Positions 42,891-51,850 of a stretch of DNA of 56,728 bases are shown piece after piece. The notes under the pieces are model-generated. The model saw only the letters and a list, made by a program, of their open reading frames with translations. It searched no databases and was not told where the DNA came from. Numbering within the stretch: the stretch's first letter is position 1; the number at the start of each line of letters is the position of its first letter. The translations under genes and the position numbers were made by a program. This DNA comes from Clostridia bacterium (GTDB lineage: Bacteria; Bacillota; Clostridia; Oscillospirales; CAG-272): assembly GCA_900754175.1 (NCBI GenBank), contig CAAEBS010000146.1:1-56728 (forward strand). The letters run 5' to 3'.

Positions 42891-44324
42891 TCAGCTTGCG
42901 GTATGAACCGCCATCATCTCTTTCATTGCCTTTTCCGTTGCGCTCTGCACGTTGCTGTAATCAGAATAGAAGGTAGCGGTGCTTCCCGCCTGTGCCAGCT
43001 TGTAGAGCAGACCGCCGATTGCGAGCTTATTGTCATAGTAGCCGTAGTCGTAAACACGAGCCTGGGAAATGATGCCGAGCATCTCCAGGTCGGCAGCACT
43101 GTTGGCGGTTCTCAGGCTGATGATGTTGTCATAGTAGACCGGAATCACAACCTTGGAGCTTTCCTGGCAGAGAGCCTCAATGATAACCGAGCTTCTTTCC
43201 AGATCCTTTGAGGTGATCGGAACGAGAAGCAGGTTGTTGGAGCCTGCCGTGTTAGCGGTGTAGGACTCCACGCTATCATTCATCTTCGGGAACGGAACGA
43301 TACCGTAGTTCCATGTTACGGAACGATATTGTGCGATCTTCTGCAAGGGACGGTCCATCATCGCCACTCTGCCCGCCATTACAGCCGCTTCCAGCTCGGT
43401 GTTGGAGTCGCTCGGGTCGATCCACTGACCGCTCTCTTTTCCGAAGTTGAAGAATCTGGTCAGGCCGTCATATGCTTTTTCATTGGCATAGGTGATAATG
43501 GGATCTCCGACAGCGCTGGTGCTGATCATGCGGCTGCCGGTAGCAAAGAACGCATCGTAAGGTCCGCCCCAGCCCAGGGTAGCATATCCCATCCGGTCGC
43601 CGGAAAGCTCGATGTTACCGTCACCGTTCAAATCTCTTGCGCACGCCCGTGCGATCTGAGTGAACTTTTCAAAGGTCCAGGTGCCGTTTCTTACATCGTC
43701 ATAAGGATAAGCAATGTTGTTCTCGTCAAAAATGTCCTTGTTGAAGAGCACTGCATAGGCGGAAGCCGTGGACATATAACTGATATCGCCGGTCATGGCA
43801 AATACCTTGTTGGCAAAGGTAAAGGTCTCACGGATGCCCTGGTGCCACCAGTCAGCTTCCATATTGACATAAGGCAGATCGTACCAGTTGACGCAAAGTC
43901 CCTGCTGAGAGTAGGAGCTAAAGTTACGTCCGAACACACAGATCAGGTCATAAGCGTCTTCACCCGCCTGCACGATGGAAACCTCGGCAAGGCTGTTGGC
44001 GTCAGAGGATTCGATCGGCTCGATCTCGACCTTGAATCTTTCCTCAACATTTCTGTTTCTGGTGTAAACCGCCTGGTCCACCAGATTCTCCGAATTGCTG
44101 TTGACCTTGAAGTCTGCCTGGTGAACAGCATTCTTACGGACAAGCACACGGAACTTGTAATTATCGTAGGTTACATCGGGCAGTCCGTCGTCCTCAACGG
44201 TCGCAGCACCGCCGCCGCTTGTGGCGTCGTCTTCCGTCCCGCCCTTTTTCTTACAGCTCAGCAAAGGAAGCATGAGCATGACAAGAACCAACGCAAACGC
44301 CATAATTTTGATAAACTTTTTCAT
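42891..44324 (-). CDS. ABC-transporter extracellular solute-binding lipoprotein (family 1, LplA-like), orphan
   Basis: 477 aa from ATG 44324. MKKFIKIMAFALVLVMLMLPLLSCKKKGG lipobox. Size and composition are typical of sugar SBPs. No permease or ATPase genes nearby. Confidence 0.8.
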   Translation of the reverse strand: MKKFIKIMAFALVLVMLMLPLLSCKKKGGTEDDATSGGGAATVEDDGLPDVTYDNYKFRVLVRKNAVHQADFKVNSNSENLVDQAVYTRNRNVEERFKVEIEPIESSDANSLAEVSIVQAGEDAYDLICVFGRNFSSYSQQGLCVNWYDLPYVNMEADWWHQGIRETFTFANKVFAMTGDISYMSTASAYAVLFNKDIFDENNIAYPYDDVRNGTWTFEKFTQIARACARDLNGDGNIELSGDRMGYATLGWGGPYDAFFATGSRMISTSAVGDPIITYANEKAYDGLTRFFNFGKESGQWIDPSDSNTELEAAVMAGRVAMMDRPLQKIAQYRSVTWNYGIVPFPKMNDSVESYTANTAGSNNLLLVPITSKDLERSSVIIEALCQESSKVVIPVYYDNIISLRTANSAADLEMLGIISQARVYDYGYYDNKLAIGGLLYKLAQAGSTATFYSDYSNVQSATEKAMKEMMAVHTAS

Positions 44325-44361
44325 TGGGTATTTTTCCTTTCCAAATAAACCGAATTGCCAA

Positions 44362-46047
44362 TCAATTCTTAGGGATAACCGAAATGATCCGCTCGCCGGC
44401 AAGTGCCGTTTCACTCAGATATGCTCTGAGGATAGCGATCTGCTCGTCGGTATACGGGCTGTACACTTCTACGCCATTCTGCATGACCTTATTGTTGTAG
44501 TTCAATACGCCCTTGACAGTTGCCGTGGACTGTACGTCGCTCAGCGCACTTTCCGCCACCTGGGCGATCGAACGGCTGTTGTTGGTTACCACATAATCCG
44601 AGTAAACGTAGACCCGCTGACCGTTTACCGTATAGGAGACATAGGCTCTTGCAGACAGCTTCATTTCATAGTTTTCCTGCTTGATCTTCACAAGAGCGCA
44701 ACGGATGGTGTAGCCCTCCGCATCGCTTCCGGTCATACCGACATTTGCCACGATGTTTTCATACTGTACGCCATTGGCTTCCAGCGACGAGATCGAAAAG
44801 TTGGCGTATCCGGACACATTTTTGGTCGGCACGATCACAGTACCGTATGTAATACTGCTCTGGTCGTCGGTCATTGCCTTGGCATAAGCAACCGCCCCGG
44901 CACTGATATCCGTGGTAAAGCGGATACCCGAGCCGTCGTCGTCGCCGGCGATCAGTCTGACGCCTGCGCCGTCACGCATTGCAATGTCCTTTCCGGCAAC
45001 CGAAGCTACACCCGTTGCCAGGACGTCTGCAACTGCCGTTCCGTGGAACGAGCCGCCGGTAATGGAAATATCAAACAGAGACTTGGATGCATCCAGGAAT
45101 TTGCCCATGCCATTATGAACGAAAATACCGCCCGTAATGGTGAGCCTTCCCTTCTCCGCTCCCTCTTTCTCCTTGAACATGAATGCAGATTTGTTGTCGT
45201 TAAGCTCAAAGAAGCCGCCCGAGATCGTGATCTTATGCGGGATGGTCTCCATCAGAGACGCCCGATCCTCGCTCGCTTCCTTACCGATAGTCTTGAAGTT
45301 TCCGCCCTTGATGTCGATCACACCACCGGCAAGATCCGTCGCATAGACGATCGGCAGATTGTTACCGAGCTGGGTGAAGTTTCCGTTGTTCACGGTCACG
45401 GATTTGAACTTATTGGTACGCAGAATATACTGTGACCCCTTCTGAACAAAGTTGCCCCCGTCTATGGTAAGTTCAAGTCCCTGTTGATTATCATCAAGCT
45501 GAACAACCGAGCCGACGCCTTCAGACACATAGGTTCCGCTCTTGACAGTAATCTTGCTCGATGCTCCGCTCGCCCATATAACCATTCTGTTTGCCGTAAG
45601 GTTGCAGTTTTCCACCGTCGCATTCGCATTGGCGCCTGTAAACTTAAGAGCGGTCATCTTCGGGGTTTGCGATTTGGTCTCGCCAAGCACTACCGTCAGA
45701 TTGCGTACCACGACCGTACCTTTGCCCGACAGCGTGATCAAAATAGTGGTATCTGCCGCCGTTTTGGTGCAGGTATACGTAATGGTTTTTCCGTTTCCGT
45801 CAAAGGTAATGTTTTTGTCCGTGCTGATTGCTGACGAAAGACTGATGTTTCCAAGAAGCCTCAGCGTGTCGCCGTCCTCCAGCGCCGCCTTTGCATCGGC
45901 AAACTTTTTATATCCTGTTCCTTCTGTCTGACCGCTTTTGACAACCTCCCAGACGTCATCTGCCGCCGGAGCCGCAAATGCCGAAAAAGGAAGTGCCAAT
46001 GTGAGCAGCATACAAAGTGTCAGGATCCATGCAATTTTTCTTTTCAT
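44362..46047 (-). CDS. Secreted repetitive (parallel beta-helix-like) protein, paralogue A
   Basis: 561 aa from ATG 46047 (RBS AAAGGTGGGA). Signal peptide ...LALPFSAFAAP. Periodic GGNF/SGGFFEL/TGGIFVHNG turns. Roughly half of the residues match 46272..47921 by eye. Confidence 0.7.
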   Translation of the reverse strand: MKRKIAWILTLCMLLTLALPFSAFAAPAADDVWEVVKSGQTEGTGYKKFADAKAALEDGDTLRLLGNISLSSAISTDKNITFDGNGKTITYTCTKTAADTTILITLSGKGTVVVRNLTVVLGETKSQTPKMTALKFTGANANATVENCNLTANRMVIWASGASSKITVKSGTYVSEGVGSVVQLDDNQQGLELTIDGGNFVQKGSQYILRTNKFKSVTVNNGNFTQLGNNLPIVYATDLAGGVIDIKGGNFKTIGKEASEDRASLMETIPHKITISGGFFELNDNKSAFMFKEKEGAEKGRLTITGGIFVHNGMGKFLDASKSLFDISITGGSFHGTAVADVLATGVASVAGKDIAMRDGAGVRLIAGDDDGSGIRFTTDISAGAVAYAKAMTDDQSSITYGTVIVPTKNVSGYANFSISSLEANGVQYENIVANVGMTGSDAEGYTIRCALVKIKQENYEMKLSARAYVSYTVNGQRVYVYSDYVVTNNSRSIAQVAESALSDVQSTATVKGVLNYNNKVMQNGVEVYSPYTDEQIAILRAYLSETALAGERIISVIPKN

Positions 46048-46094
46048 ACTTTCCCACCTTTCATTTTGGTAAAATTTATTGTAACAGCTATTTC

Positions 46095-46131
46095 CTCTGC
46101 GGCGCCGACGGGTCATTCCGGCGCCGCAGAG
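46095..46131. other. GC-rich 13-bp hairpin between the small ORF and paralogue A
   Basis: ctctgcggcgccg (46095..46107) / cggcgccgcagag (46119..46131) with an 11-nt loop. No U-tract on the minus strand, so it is not a classical terminator. Confidence 0.5.
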
Positions 46132-46141
46132 CGTGCTGTCA

Positions 46142-46255
46142 TCAATCGAATATATCTTCTGCCAGATCTTCCTTCAAGCCGTCATCGGCGGAGCTTACGA
46201 TAAGATCTGCGCCAAACAATTGAAGCGTGGCATTCGGGTTAAAATATTTTTTCAT
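46142..46255 (-). CDS. Candidate small acidic ORF (37 aa) between the two paralogues
   Basis: Hand translation: MKKYFNPNATLQLFGADLIVSSADDGLKEDLAEDIFD*. AAGGGGGG RBS 7 nt upstream of ATG 46255. 16 nt downstream of the stop of 46272..47921. Below the ORF-track length cut-off. Confidence 0.3.
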   Translation of the reverse strand: MKKYFNPNATLQLFGADLIVSSADDGLKEDLAEDIFD

Positions 46256-46271
46256 TGTGGTTCCCCCCTTT

Positions 46272-47921
46272 TCAGGAATTGGAATCTTCGGAAGCAACCG
46301 TTCCGGATTCAGCAGGAGATTTTGTAAGGTAGCCGTTGAGGATCTCTATCTGTGCAGGGGAGTAATTTTGGGTGGTATCGGTAAGTGCCTTCTCCGCCAC
46401 ATAGGAGATCGAGCGGCTGTTCAGCGCTTCGTTGTAAGCCGAGTAGATATAGACCGTTCTGCCGTTTGCGTCCACGTAAGAGACGTAAGCTCTTGCAGAC
46501 AGCGCCATGTCGTAGTGAGAAGCCTTGATCCGGATGAGAGCGCAATTCAGCGTGTAACCTGACTCATCGCTTCCCTCCAGACCGTCCTTTGCCACGATAT
46601 TCTGATATCGAATACCGTTTGCCACCAGTGACGGAACCGTAAAGTCGGTCGTTCCGAGCTTTGCAGTGGGAACCAGAATGGTTCCGTAGGTAACTGTCGT
46701 GCCTTCCTTGGCGTTTGCCTTGGCAGTCGCTACCATTTCCGCCGTAATAGCGGAGGAAAAGCGGATACCCGAATCCTCCGGGTTCTTGCTCACCAGTCTG
46801 ACCGCCGCACCTTCATCCATGGCGATGCCGTCGTTCTCTGTGTAGTAAGAACCCAATGTTCCCGCCATACCGTAGTAAGAAATGGCATCATCCAACGTTA
46901 CGGACGTAAAATAATCATTCAGCTTGGTGTCAAGGAGTGTTCCGTTGTGTATGAAAACACCGCCCGTGATCGCAAGAGAACCTTTCTGATCCGCCGTTAC
47001 ACTTGAAGCAGAGTAAGTAGAACCATTAAGTCCGATTGCCGTCTTATTGTCGTACAGTTCAAACAGACCTCCGGAAATCGTAACCTTGTGATGGGTAAGT
47101 TCCATTAAAGAATACCGACTGCTATTACCGTTGGCTAAGTATTTGAAATGTCCACCGGAAATGTTGATCTCACCGCCTATGGTATTGACCGCATAAATGA
47201 TCGGTAAAGCATTGGCTTTGGAACGAATAAACGTGCCGCCGTTTATGGTAAGATTTTTGAATGTTTCCGCACGGAAAATGTATTGACTTACATTCTGCGT
47301 GAAAGTTCCTCCATTGACCGTACATTCCACACCTGCTTTTGCCAGCTGAACAACCGCGCCTTTTGTATTGGATTCATAAGAACCACTGTTGATAGTCAGT
47401 TTTGCATTTTCTCCGTTGACCCACACAGCTATTCTGTTGACCTTGAAATGACAATTTTCCAATGTTACATCGGCACCGGCACCGGTAATGCTCAAAGCAG
47501 TGATCTTTGATTCTTTCGTCGCTGCAATCTCACCAAGCGCTATTTTCAGGTCATTGATCACGACCGTGCCGGTACTACTGATTGTAAGCAAGGCTCTTTC
47601 ATCCTTGCCGCTACCTTTATTTCCAGCCGAGTTCTTATTGACGTAGGTAAGCGTTTTTCCGTTGCCGTTAAAGGTAATATCGTTCTGCGTAAGAGAAATG
47701 CTGGCATCGGTGTAGGTAAAGTCTTTCAGAAGCGTGATCGTGCCGCCGTCTTTCAATGCCGCACTTGCTTTTCCAAAGCCGCTGTACCCGGTGTCCTCCG
47801 TTTCTCCCACGTTGCGCACTGCCCAGACGTCGCTTTCCGCAACCTCGGCAAACGCCACCATGGGCATTGCCAGGGTCATCAGCATACAGAGCGCCAAGAT
47901 AAATGCTATTTTTCTTTTCAT
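46272..47921 (-). CDS. Secreted repetitive (parallel beta-helix-like) protein, paralogue B
   Basis: 549 aa. Signal peptide MKRKIAFILALCMLMTLAMPMVAFAEV. Same architecture as 44362..46047. Confidence 0.7.
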   Translation of the reverse strand: MKRKIAFILALCMLMTLAMPMVAFAEVAESDVWAVRNVGETEDTGYSGFGKASAALKDGGTITLLKDFTYTDASISLTQNDITFNGNGKTLTYVNKNSAGNKGSGKDERALLTISSTGTVVINDLKIALGEIAATKESKITALSITGAGADVTLENCHFKVNRIAVWVNGENAKLTINSGSYESNTKGAVVQLAKAGVECTVNGGTFTQNVSQYIFRAETFKNLTINGGTFIRSKANALPIIYAVNTIGGEINISGGHFKYLANGNSSRYSLMELTHHKVTISGGLFELYDNKTAIGLNGSTYSASSVTADQKGSLAITGGVFIHNGTLLDTKLNDYFTSVTLDDAISYYGMAGTLGSYYTENDGIAMDEGAAVRLVSKNPEDSGIRFSSAITAEMVATAKANAKEGTTVTYGTILVPTAKLGTTDFTVPSLVANGIRYQNIVAKDGLEGSDESGYTLNCALIRIKASHYDMALSARAYVSYVDANGRTVYIYSAYNEALNSRSISYVAEKALTDTTQNYSPAQIEILNGYLTKSPAESGTVASEDSNS

Positions 47922-47983
47922 GTCTTTCCGCCTTTCTTTATTAAAGATTTTTTACGGCCCCTGCCGTTTATCAGCACACGAAC

Positions 47984-48775
47984 CTAAATATTCAGGTCGT
48001 GAAAACCGCTCAGACTGTCTGCTTTTTTGACAAGCGTTCGTGCGTCGGCACGGAGCAGCTCTCCATCGTTTGAGGAAAAAAGCTTTTCTTCGCACATATC
48101 GGTCCGGTAATAGGTGATCTCCACGACCGCCGGGAGCGATATCCGCATGGGCGGCACGGTGGCAAGCCCCGCAATCGCTTTTTTCACGGTCCCGCACATT
48201 CTTTCCTCTGCGTCCGGGTAATCGGTGCACAGGTTCCTGCACTCCGCCTTTTTCACCGCCGCCGTAAAGATCTCCGGGACGTATTCCCTCGCCTGCAGGC
48301 ACGCCGCCTCGTCGCCGATACACGCCACGACCGGAACCCCGTAGGCTCCGCAGAATGCGGCGTGCAGGGCAAGCTCGCTGAATTCCCTGCCGTTGATCTT
48401 ATGAGAAAAGATCTTTTTGGAGTTTATGGTGTGGTCCAGAAATCCGTTGACCGTCCCCGCACGGGCATGGGAACCGATCTCCATAACGCAGTCCACGCCG
48501 CCCGACCGTACAAGCTCCTGCCAGCCGTCGTTGTCCACACGGATCGCTTCCGGCGAGATCAGCTCATGGTCGATGTTGTCCAGCTTCACGCCACCGTGTC
48601 CGTCAAAGTAGTAGACCTTATCGGCACCGGCGGCAATGCACGCCCCTGTGACCGTATTGATACACTGGGTCAGGCACCGCTTTGCCAGGGTGTATTCCTC
48701 CCGTGTCCGGTCCATGTAGTCGATCGACAGGACCCCGGGCACGCCCTCAAGGTCGGTAATTAACAGTACGTTCAT
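47984..48775 (-). CDS. M55 family metallopeptidase (D-aminopeptidase DppA-like)
   Basis: 263 aa from ATG 48775. MNVLLITDLEGVPGV..., YYFDGHGG, EIGSHARAG. The ORF-track ATG 48796 lies inside the RBS AAAGGAGG. Confidence 0.82.
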   Translation of the reverse strand: MNVLLITDLEGVPGVLSIDYMDRTREEYTLAKRCLTQCINTVTGACIAAGADKVYYFDGHGGVKLDNIDHELISPEAIRVDNDGWQELVRSGGVDCVMEIGSHARAGTVNGFLDHTINSKKIFSHKINGREFSELALHAAFCGAYGVPVVACIGDEAACLQAREYVPEIFTAAVKKAECRNLCTDYPDAEERMCGTVKKAIAGLATVPPMRISLPAVVEITYYRTDMCEEKLFSSNDGELLRADARTLVKKADSLSGFHDLNI

Positions 48776-48919
48776 TGGCTGTCCGCCTCCTTTCATCCTG
48801 TTGGATTTGCCACTTTCGACACTCCGTCATATATATTGTAGCACAACCGACAGTGCCATGTAAAGTAGCCAAATTTAGGATTTTGTTATGCAATTTTGCC
48901 ATTGGATAAAAAATACATC

Positions 48920-48948
48920 TTGACAGCTTTTGTATATAATGGTATAAT
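48920..48948 (+). promoter_or_regulatory. Consensus promoter of the AraC-family gene
   Basis: TTGACA (48920..48925), 17 nt, TATAAT (48943..48948), preceded by TGg. Confidence 0.6.
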
Positions 48949-49026
48949 TATTATATCTTACAAAAGCAACTGCAAAGCCATGGTGAAATTGCCATATCTT
49001 ACCGCTATCAAAAGGGGTACACCGTC

Positions 49027-49914
49027 ATGCTGAAAAAACCGACTCCCGATTTCATCACCATTACCTCTGACTGTTATGTACAGGACTACCGACACAGTCA
49101 GGAAAAGAAGATGCACACGCACAGCTGTATCGAAATGTTTTACGTCATTTCGGGTTCCGCCACGCATCTGATGAAGAGCGGAAGCACGATCGAGCGGGAC
49201 CCGCTGACGATCGGCAACTACATGATCCTCCAGAGCAACAGCACCCACGGCTTCCACGACGTATCGCAGGATTTCAGCGTGATCAACTTTCTGTTTCTCC
49301 CGTCGCTGATCGACCCGTCGCTCCCCGTGGAAAGTCTTTTCGACGACATCATGCTCTACTGCGGGATCGTTCCACCTGACTCCCTGCCGGGGAAAGCGCC
49401 TGTGAACACCATTTTTTACGATGAAAATGGACGGGTGCAGAGCTTCTTCCGCAATGCGCTCCACGAGTTCAGAAGCGAGACCTTCGGCTCTCACATCATG
49501 TTGCGCTGTTACGCCATTCAGATCATCACCACGGCGCTCCGGAACACCATCCGTTTCCACGCCGTTTCGCAGGGCGATCCGTCCATTCACAAGATCTGCG
49601 AATACGTCAACCGCTCCTATACGGAAAACATCACGCTTTCCTCGATCTGTGAGGAGTTGCAGTGCAGTATGACCTACATGAGCAAAAAGTTCAAAAACGT
49701 CTACGGTATGTCTTTTGAAAGCTATCTGCAACAGCTCCGCATCCACAAAGCGTGCGAGCTGTTGCTGAACTCCCTCCATAACGTCAACGAGATCGCTTCG
49801 CTCGTAGGGTATTCCGACGTGAACTCCTTCCGGAAGATCTTTATCCGTTACACCGGGAAAACGCCCTCCGATTTCCGGAAAATGTACTACCGGTCGCCGC
49901 TCCCGAACGACTGA
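49027..49914 (+). CDS. AraC-family transcriptional regulator (cupin sensor + HTH_18)
   Basis: 295 aa. C-terminal ICEELQCSMTYMSKKFKNVYGMSFESYLQQLRIHKACELL...VGYSDVNSFRKIFIRYTGKTPSDFRK. Confidence 0.9.
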   Translation: MLKKPTPDFITITSDCYVQDYRHSQEKKMHTHSCIEMFYVISGSATHLMKSGSTIERDPLTIGNYMILQSNSTHGFHDVSQDFSVINFLFLPSLIDPSLPVESLFDDIMLYCGIVPPDSLPGKAPVNTIFYDENGRVQSFFRNALHEFRSETFGSHIMLRCYAIQIITTALRNTIRFHAVSQGDPSIHKICEYVNRSYTENITLSSICEELQCSMTYMSKKFKNVYGMSFESYLQQLRIHKACELLLNSLHNVNEIASLVGYSDVNSFRKIFIRYTGKTPSDFRKMYYRSPLPND

Positions 49915-49916
49915 TC

Positions 49917-49951
49917 CCCGCCTCCCGTGCACACCGCACGGGAGGCGTTTT
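49917..49951 (+). terminator. Rho-independent terminator after the AraC gene
   Basis: cgcctcccgtg (49917..49927) / cacgggaggcg (49935..49945), followed by TTTTTT. Confidence 0.8.
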
Positions 49952-49952
49952 T

Positions 49953-50921
49953 TCAGTATCCCTCTCTGTCACAGCAGCCCTCTGCCTCAAGGATGCCTTT
50001 CAGGTATCCGATAGCAAAGAGTCTGCCGAGCGAATCGTAGCCCGCTTTCTTCTGATCCTCTCCCGCCATGGTCGGCACGTGGTCCACACGAATGGGAACG
50101 TTGATACCACACCGGCGGTAAAGGGCGATCAGATCCGGCATATCCAGATCGCCGTTGTCGTGGAAGGTCTCCCGGAAGCAGTGGACGTCGCCGGTCGTGT
50201 TCCGGAAATGCACGAAGAAGATCTTGTCGGCAAGGTCGGGAATGACCTTATAGAGATTTTCGCCCATGATGTAAAAGTTTGCCTGGCACATCGTGACCCC
50301 GAGGTTCTCGCTCGGCACGATGTCCCGCACGGCATGGCGGATGTTCTTGTAGGACGTCATGATCCGGGAAACGCCGCCAAGCTTCGGCAGGGGCGGATCG
50401 TCCGGGTGCAGGGCAAGCCGCACGCCGTACTTTTCGGCGTAGGGGATCACCGCCCGGAGAAAGTAGGTGTAATTCGCCCAGAGCTGTTTTTCGCTGATCT
50501 CGTAATCGTCGGGCGGCACGAAGCTTTTTTCGTCAAAGCCGGTAACGAAGGCGCCTCCCCTTTCGGGAATCCGGTTGTGCGTGCGAAGCCAGCCGATGTG
50601 CGCCATGAAATTGAAGCAGACCGTCCGGATGTCAAAACTGCTCATAAGCTCCAGCATCCGGATCACCTTTTCGATCGAGGCGTCCCTTTGCGCATCGCCC
50701 TCCTTGATGTGGTCGTGCAGGTTGTTGGGCATCGGCTCTATCACCACCGGTCTGATCCCGAAGTCGGTGAAACGGCGGTAAACCGTTTCCCAGTGGGATC
50801 TCTGCGTGATGTCGAAATCCGGGTCCTCCGGCAGGCGTATGGTACCGTGTCTTACGCCGCTCTGCACGGCAAAATCCCAGGTGGCGTCGTGCGTACTGTA
50901 AAAATAATCGGTAAGTAACAT
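49953..50921 (-). CDS. uxuA: Mannonate dehydratase
   Basis: 322 aa. YAEKYGVRLALHPDDPPLPKLGGVSRI and FFVHFRN...FHDNGDLDM match conserved UxuA blocks (AVHPDDPP, THLR). Confidence 0.88.
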   Translation of the reverse strand: MLLTDYFYSTHDATWDFAVQSGVRHGTIRLPEDPDFDITQRSHWETVYRRFTDFGIRPVVIEPMPNNLHDHIKEGDAQRDASIEKVIRMLELMSSFDIRTVCFNFMAHIGWLRTHNRIPERGGAFVTGFDEKSFVPPDDYEISEKQLWANYTYFLRAVIPYAEKYGVRLALHPDDPPLPKLGGVSRIMTSYKNIRHAVRDIVPSENLGVTMCQANFYIMGENLYKVIPDLADKIFFVHFRNTTGDVHCFRETFHDNGDLDMPDLIALYRRCGINVPIRVDHVPTMAGEDQKKAGYDSLGRLFAIGYLKGILEAEGCCDREGY

Positions 50922-50959
50922 AGTTCCCCTTTTTGCGGAATGGCTCCGCCTCCGTATTT

Positions 50960-51811
50960 TCAGATGCCGCTTTCCGACAGGAAGCCGCCGTCCACCGGCA
51001 CGGTGATACCGGTGACGAATGCCGCCGCCCGGTCGTCCAGAAGGAAGGAGACCGTGCCGAGCAGGTCACGGGGATCGCCGAAACGTCCCATCGGGGTGTG
51101 GGAGATCACGCTCTGCCCGCGGGGGGTGAGTCCGGTCTCCACCGAGCCGAGGTATTTCACACTGCGCTCGTTGACGAAGAAGCCGGGCGCCACCGCATTG
51201 ATCCGGATCTTCGCCGGAGCAAGGTAGGTTGCCAGCCACTCGGTGAGGTTGACCACTGCCGCCTTGCTCATGGCGTAAGCGGGAACCTTGGTAAGCGGGC
51301 GATAGCTGTTCATGGAAGCAAAGTTGAGAATCGTTCCCTCTCCTGCCTCCGCCATTTGTCTTGCGAAAATACGGGTAGGGATCACCGTGCCCATGGTGTT
51401 GATGAGCAGGACCTTCTGGAATTCCGCAAGGTCGAGATCAAAGAATCCCACCATGCCCTCCGGCTTATCCGCCGAGATCTCCGCCGGGTCAAAGTGCGGA
51501 TGCGTGGTCATCGCCTTGATGTTGTTTCCGCCGGCTCCGTTGACCAGGAAGCGGCACACGCCCCACTCCTCCCGGATCTCGTCGGCGATACGCTCCATGG
51601 CGTCGGCGTCGGTCACGTCCCCCGCCTTGACGGCGCACACGCCGCCGGCAGTCCGGATCTTCTCCGCCACCTTTTCAAGCTTTTCCGCCGTGCGTCCGAT
51701 CAGGACGACCTTGGCGCCCTTTGCGGCGAGATCCATAGCGATCTCCGAGCACAGAGTGCCGCCGGCACCCGTGACCACCGCAACTTTGTTTTCAAAATAA
51801 GTGTCTTTCAT
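50960..51811 (-). CDS. SDR-family oxidoreductase (likely mannonate/fructuronate oxidoreductase)
   Basis: 283 aa. VAVVTGAGGTLCSEIA Rossmann motif and YAMSKAAV catalytic YxxxK. Located between uxuA and uxaC. Confidence 0.82.
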   Translation of the reverse strand: MKDTYFENKVAVVTGAGGTLCSEIAMDLAAKGAKVVLIGRTAEKLEKVAEKIRTAGGVCAVKAGDVTDADAMERIADEIREEWGVCRFLVNGAGGNNIKAMTTHPHFDPAEISADKPEGMVGFFDLDLAEFQKVLLINTMGTVIPTRIFARQMAEAGEGTILNFASMNSYRPLTKVPAYAMSKAAVVNLTEWLATYLAPAKIRINAVAPGFFVNERSVKYLGSVETGLTPRGQSVISHTPMGRFGDPRDLLGTVSFLLDDRAAAFVTGITVPVDGGFLSESGI

Positions 51812-51850
51812 TTCTATCTCCTGTCTGTATTTTTTCGGGATGCTCCCGGA

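Noticed and set aside
39019-45435. Plus-strand ORFs 39019..40806, 41062..42813, 43329..44348, 44221..45435
   Set aside because: Shadow ORFs opposite GH127, the EEP lipoprotein, the SBP and secreted-protein genes, all of which have signal peptides or catalytic motifs on the minus strand.
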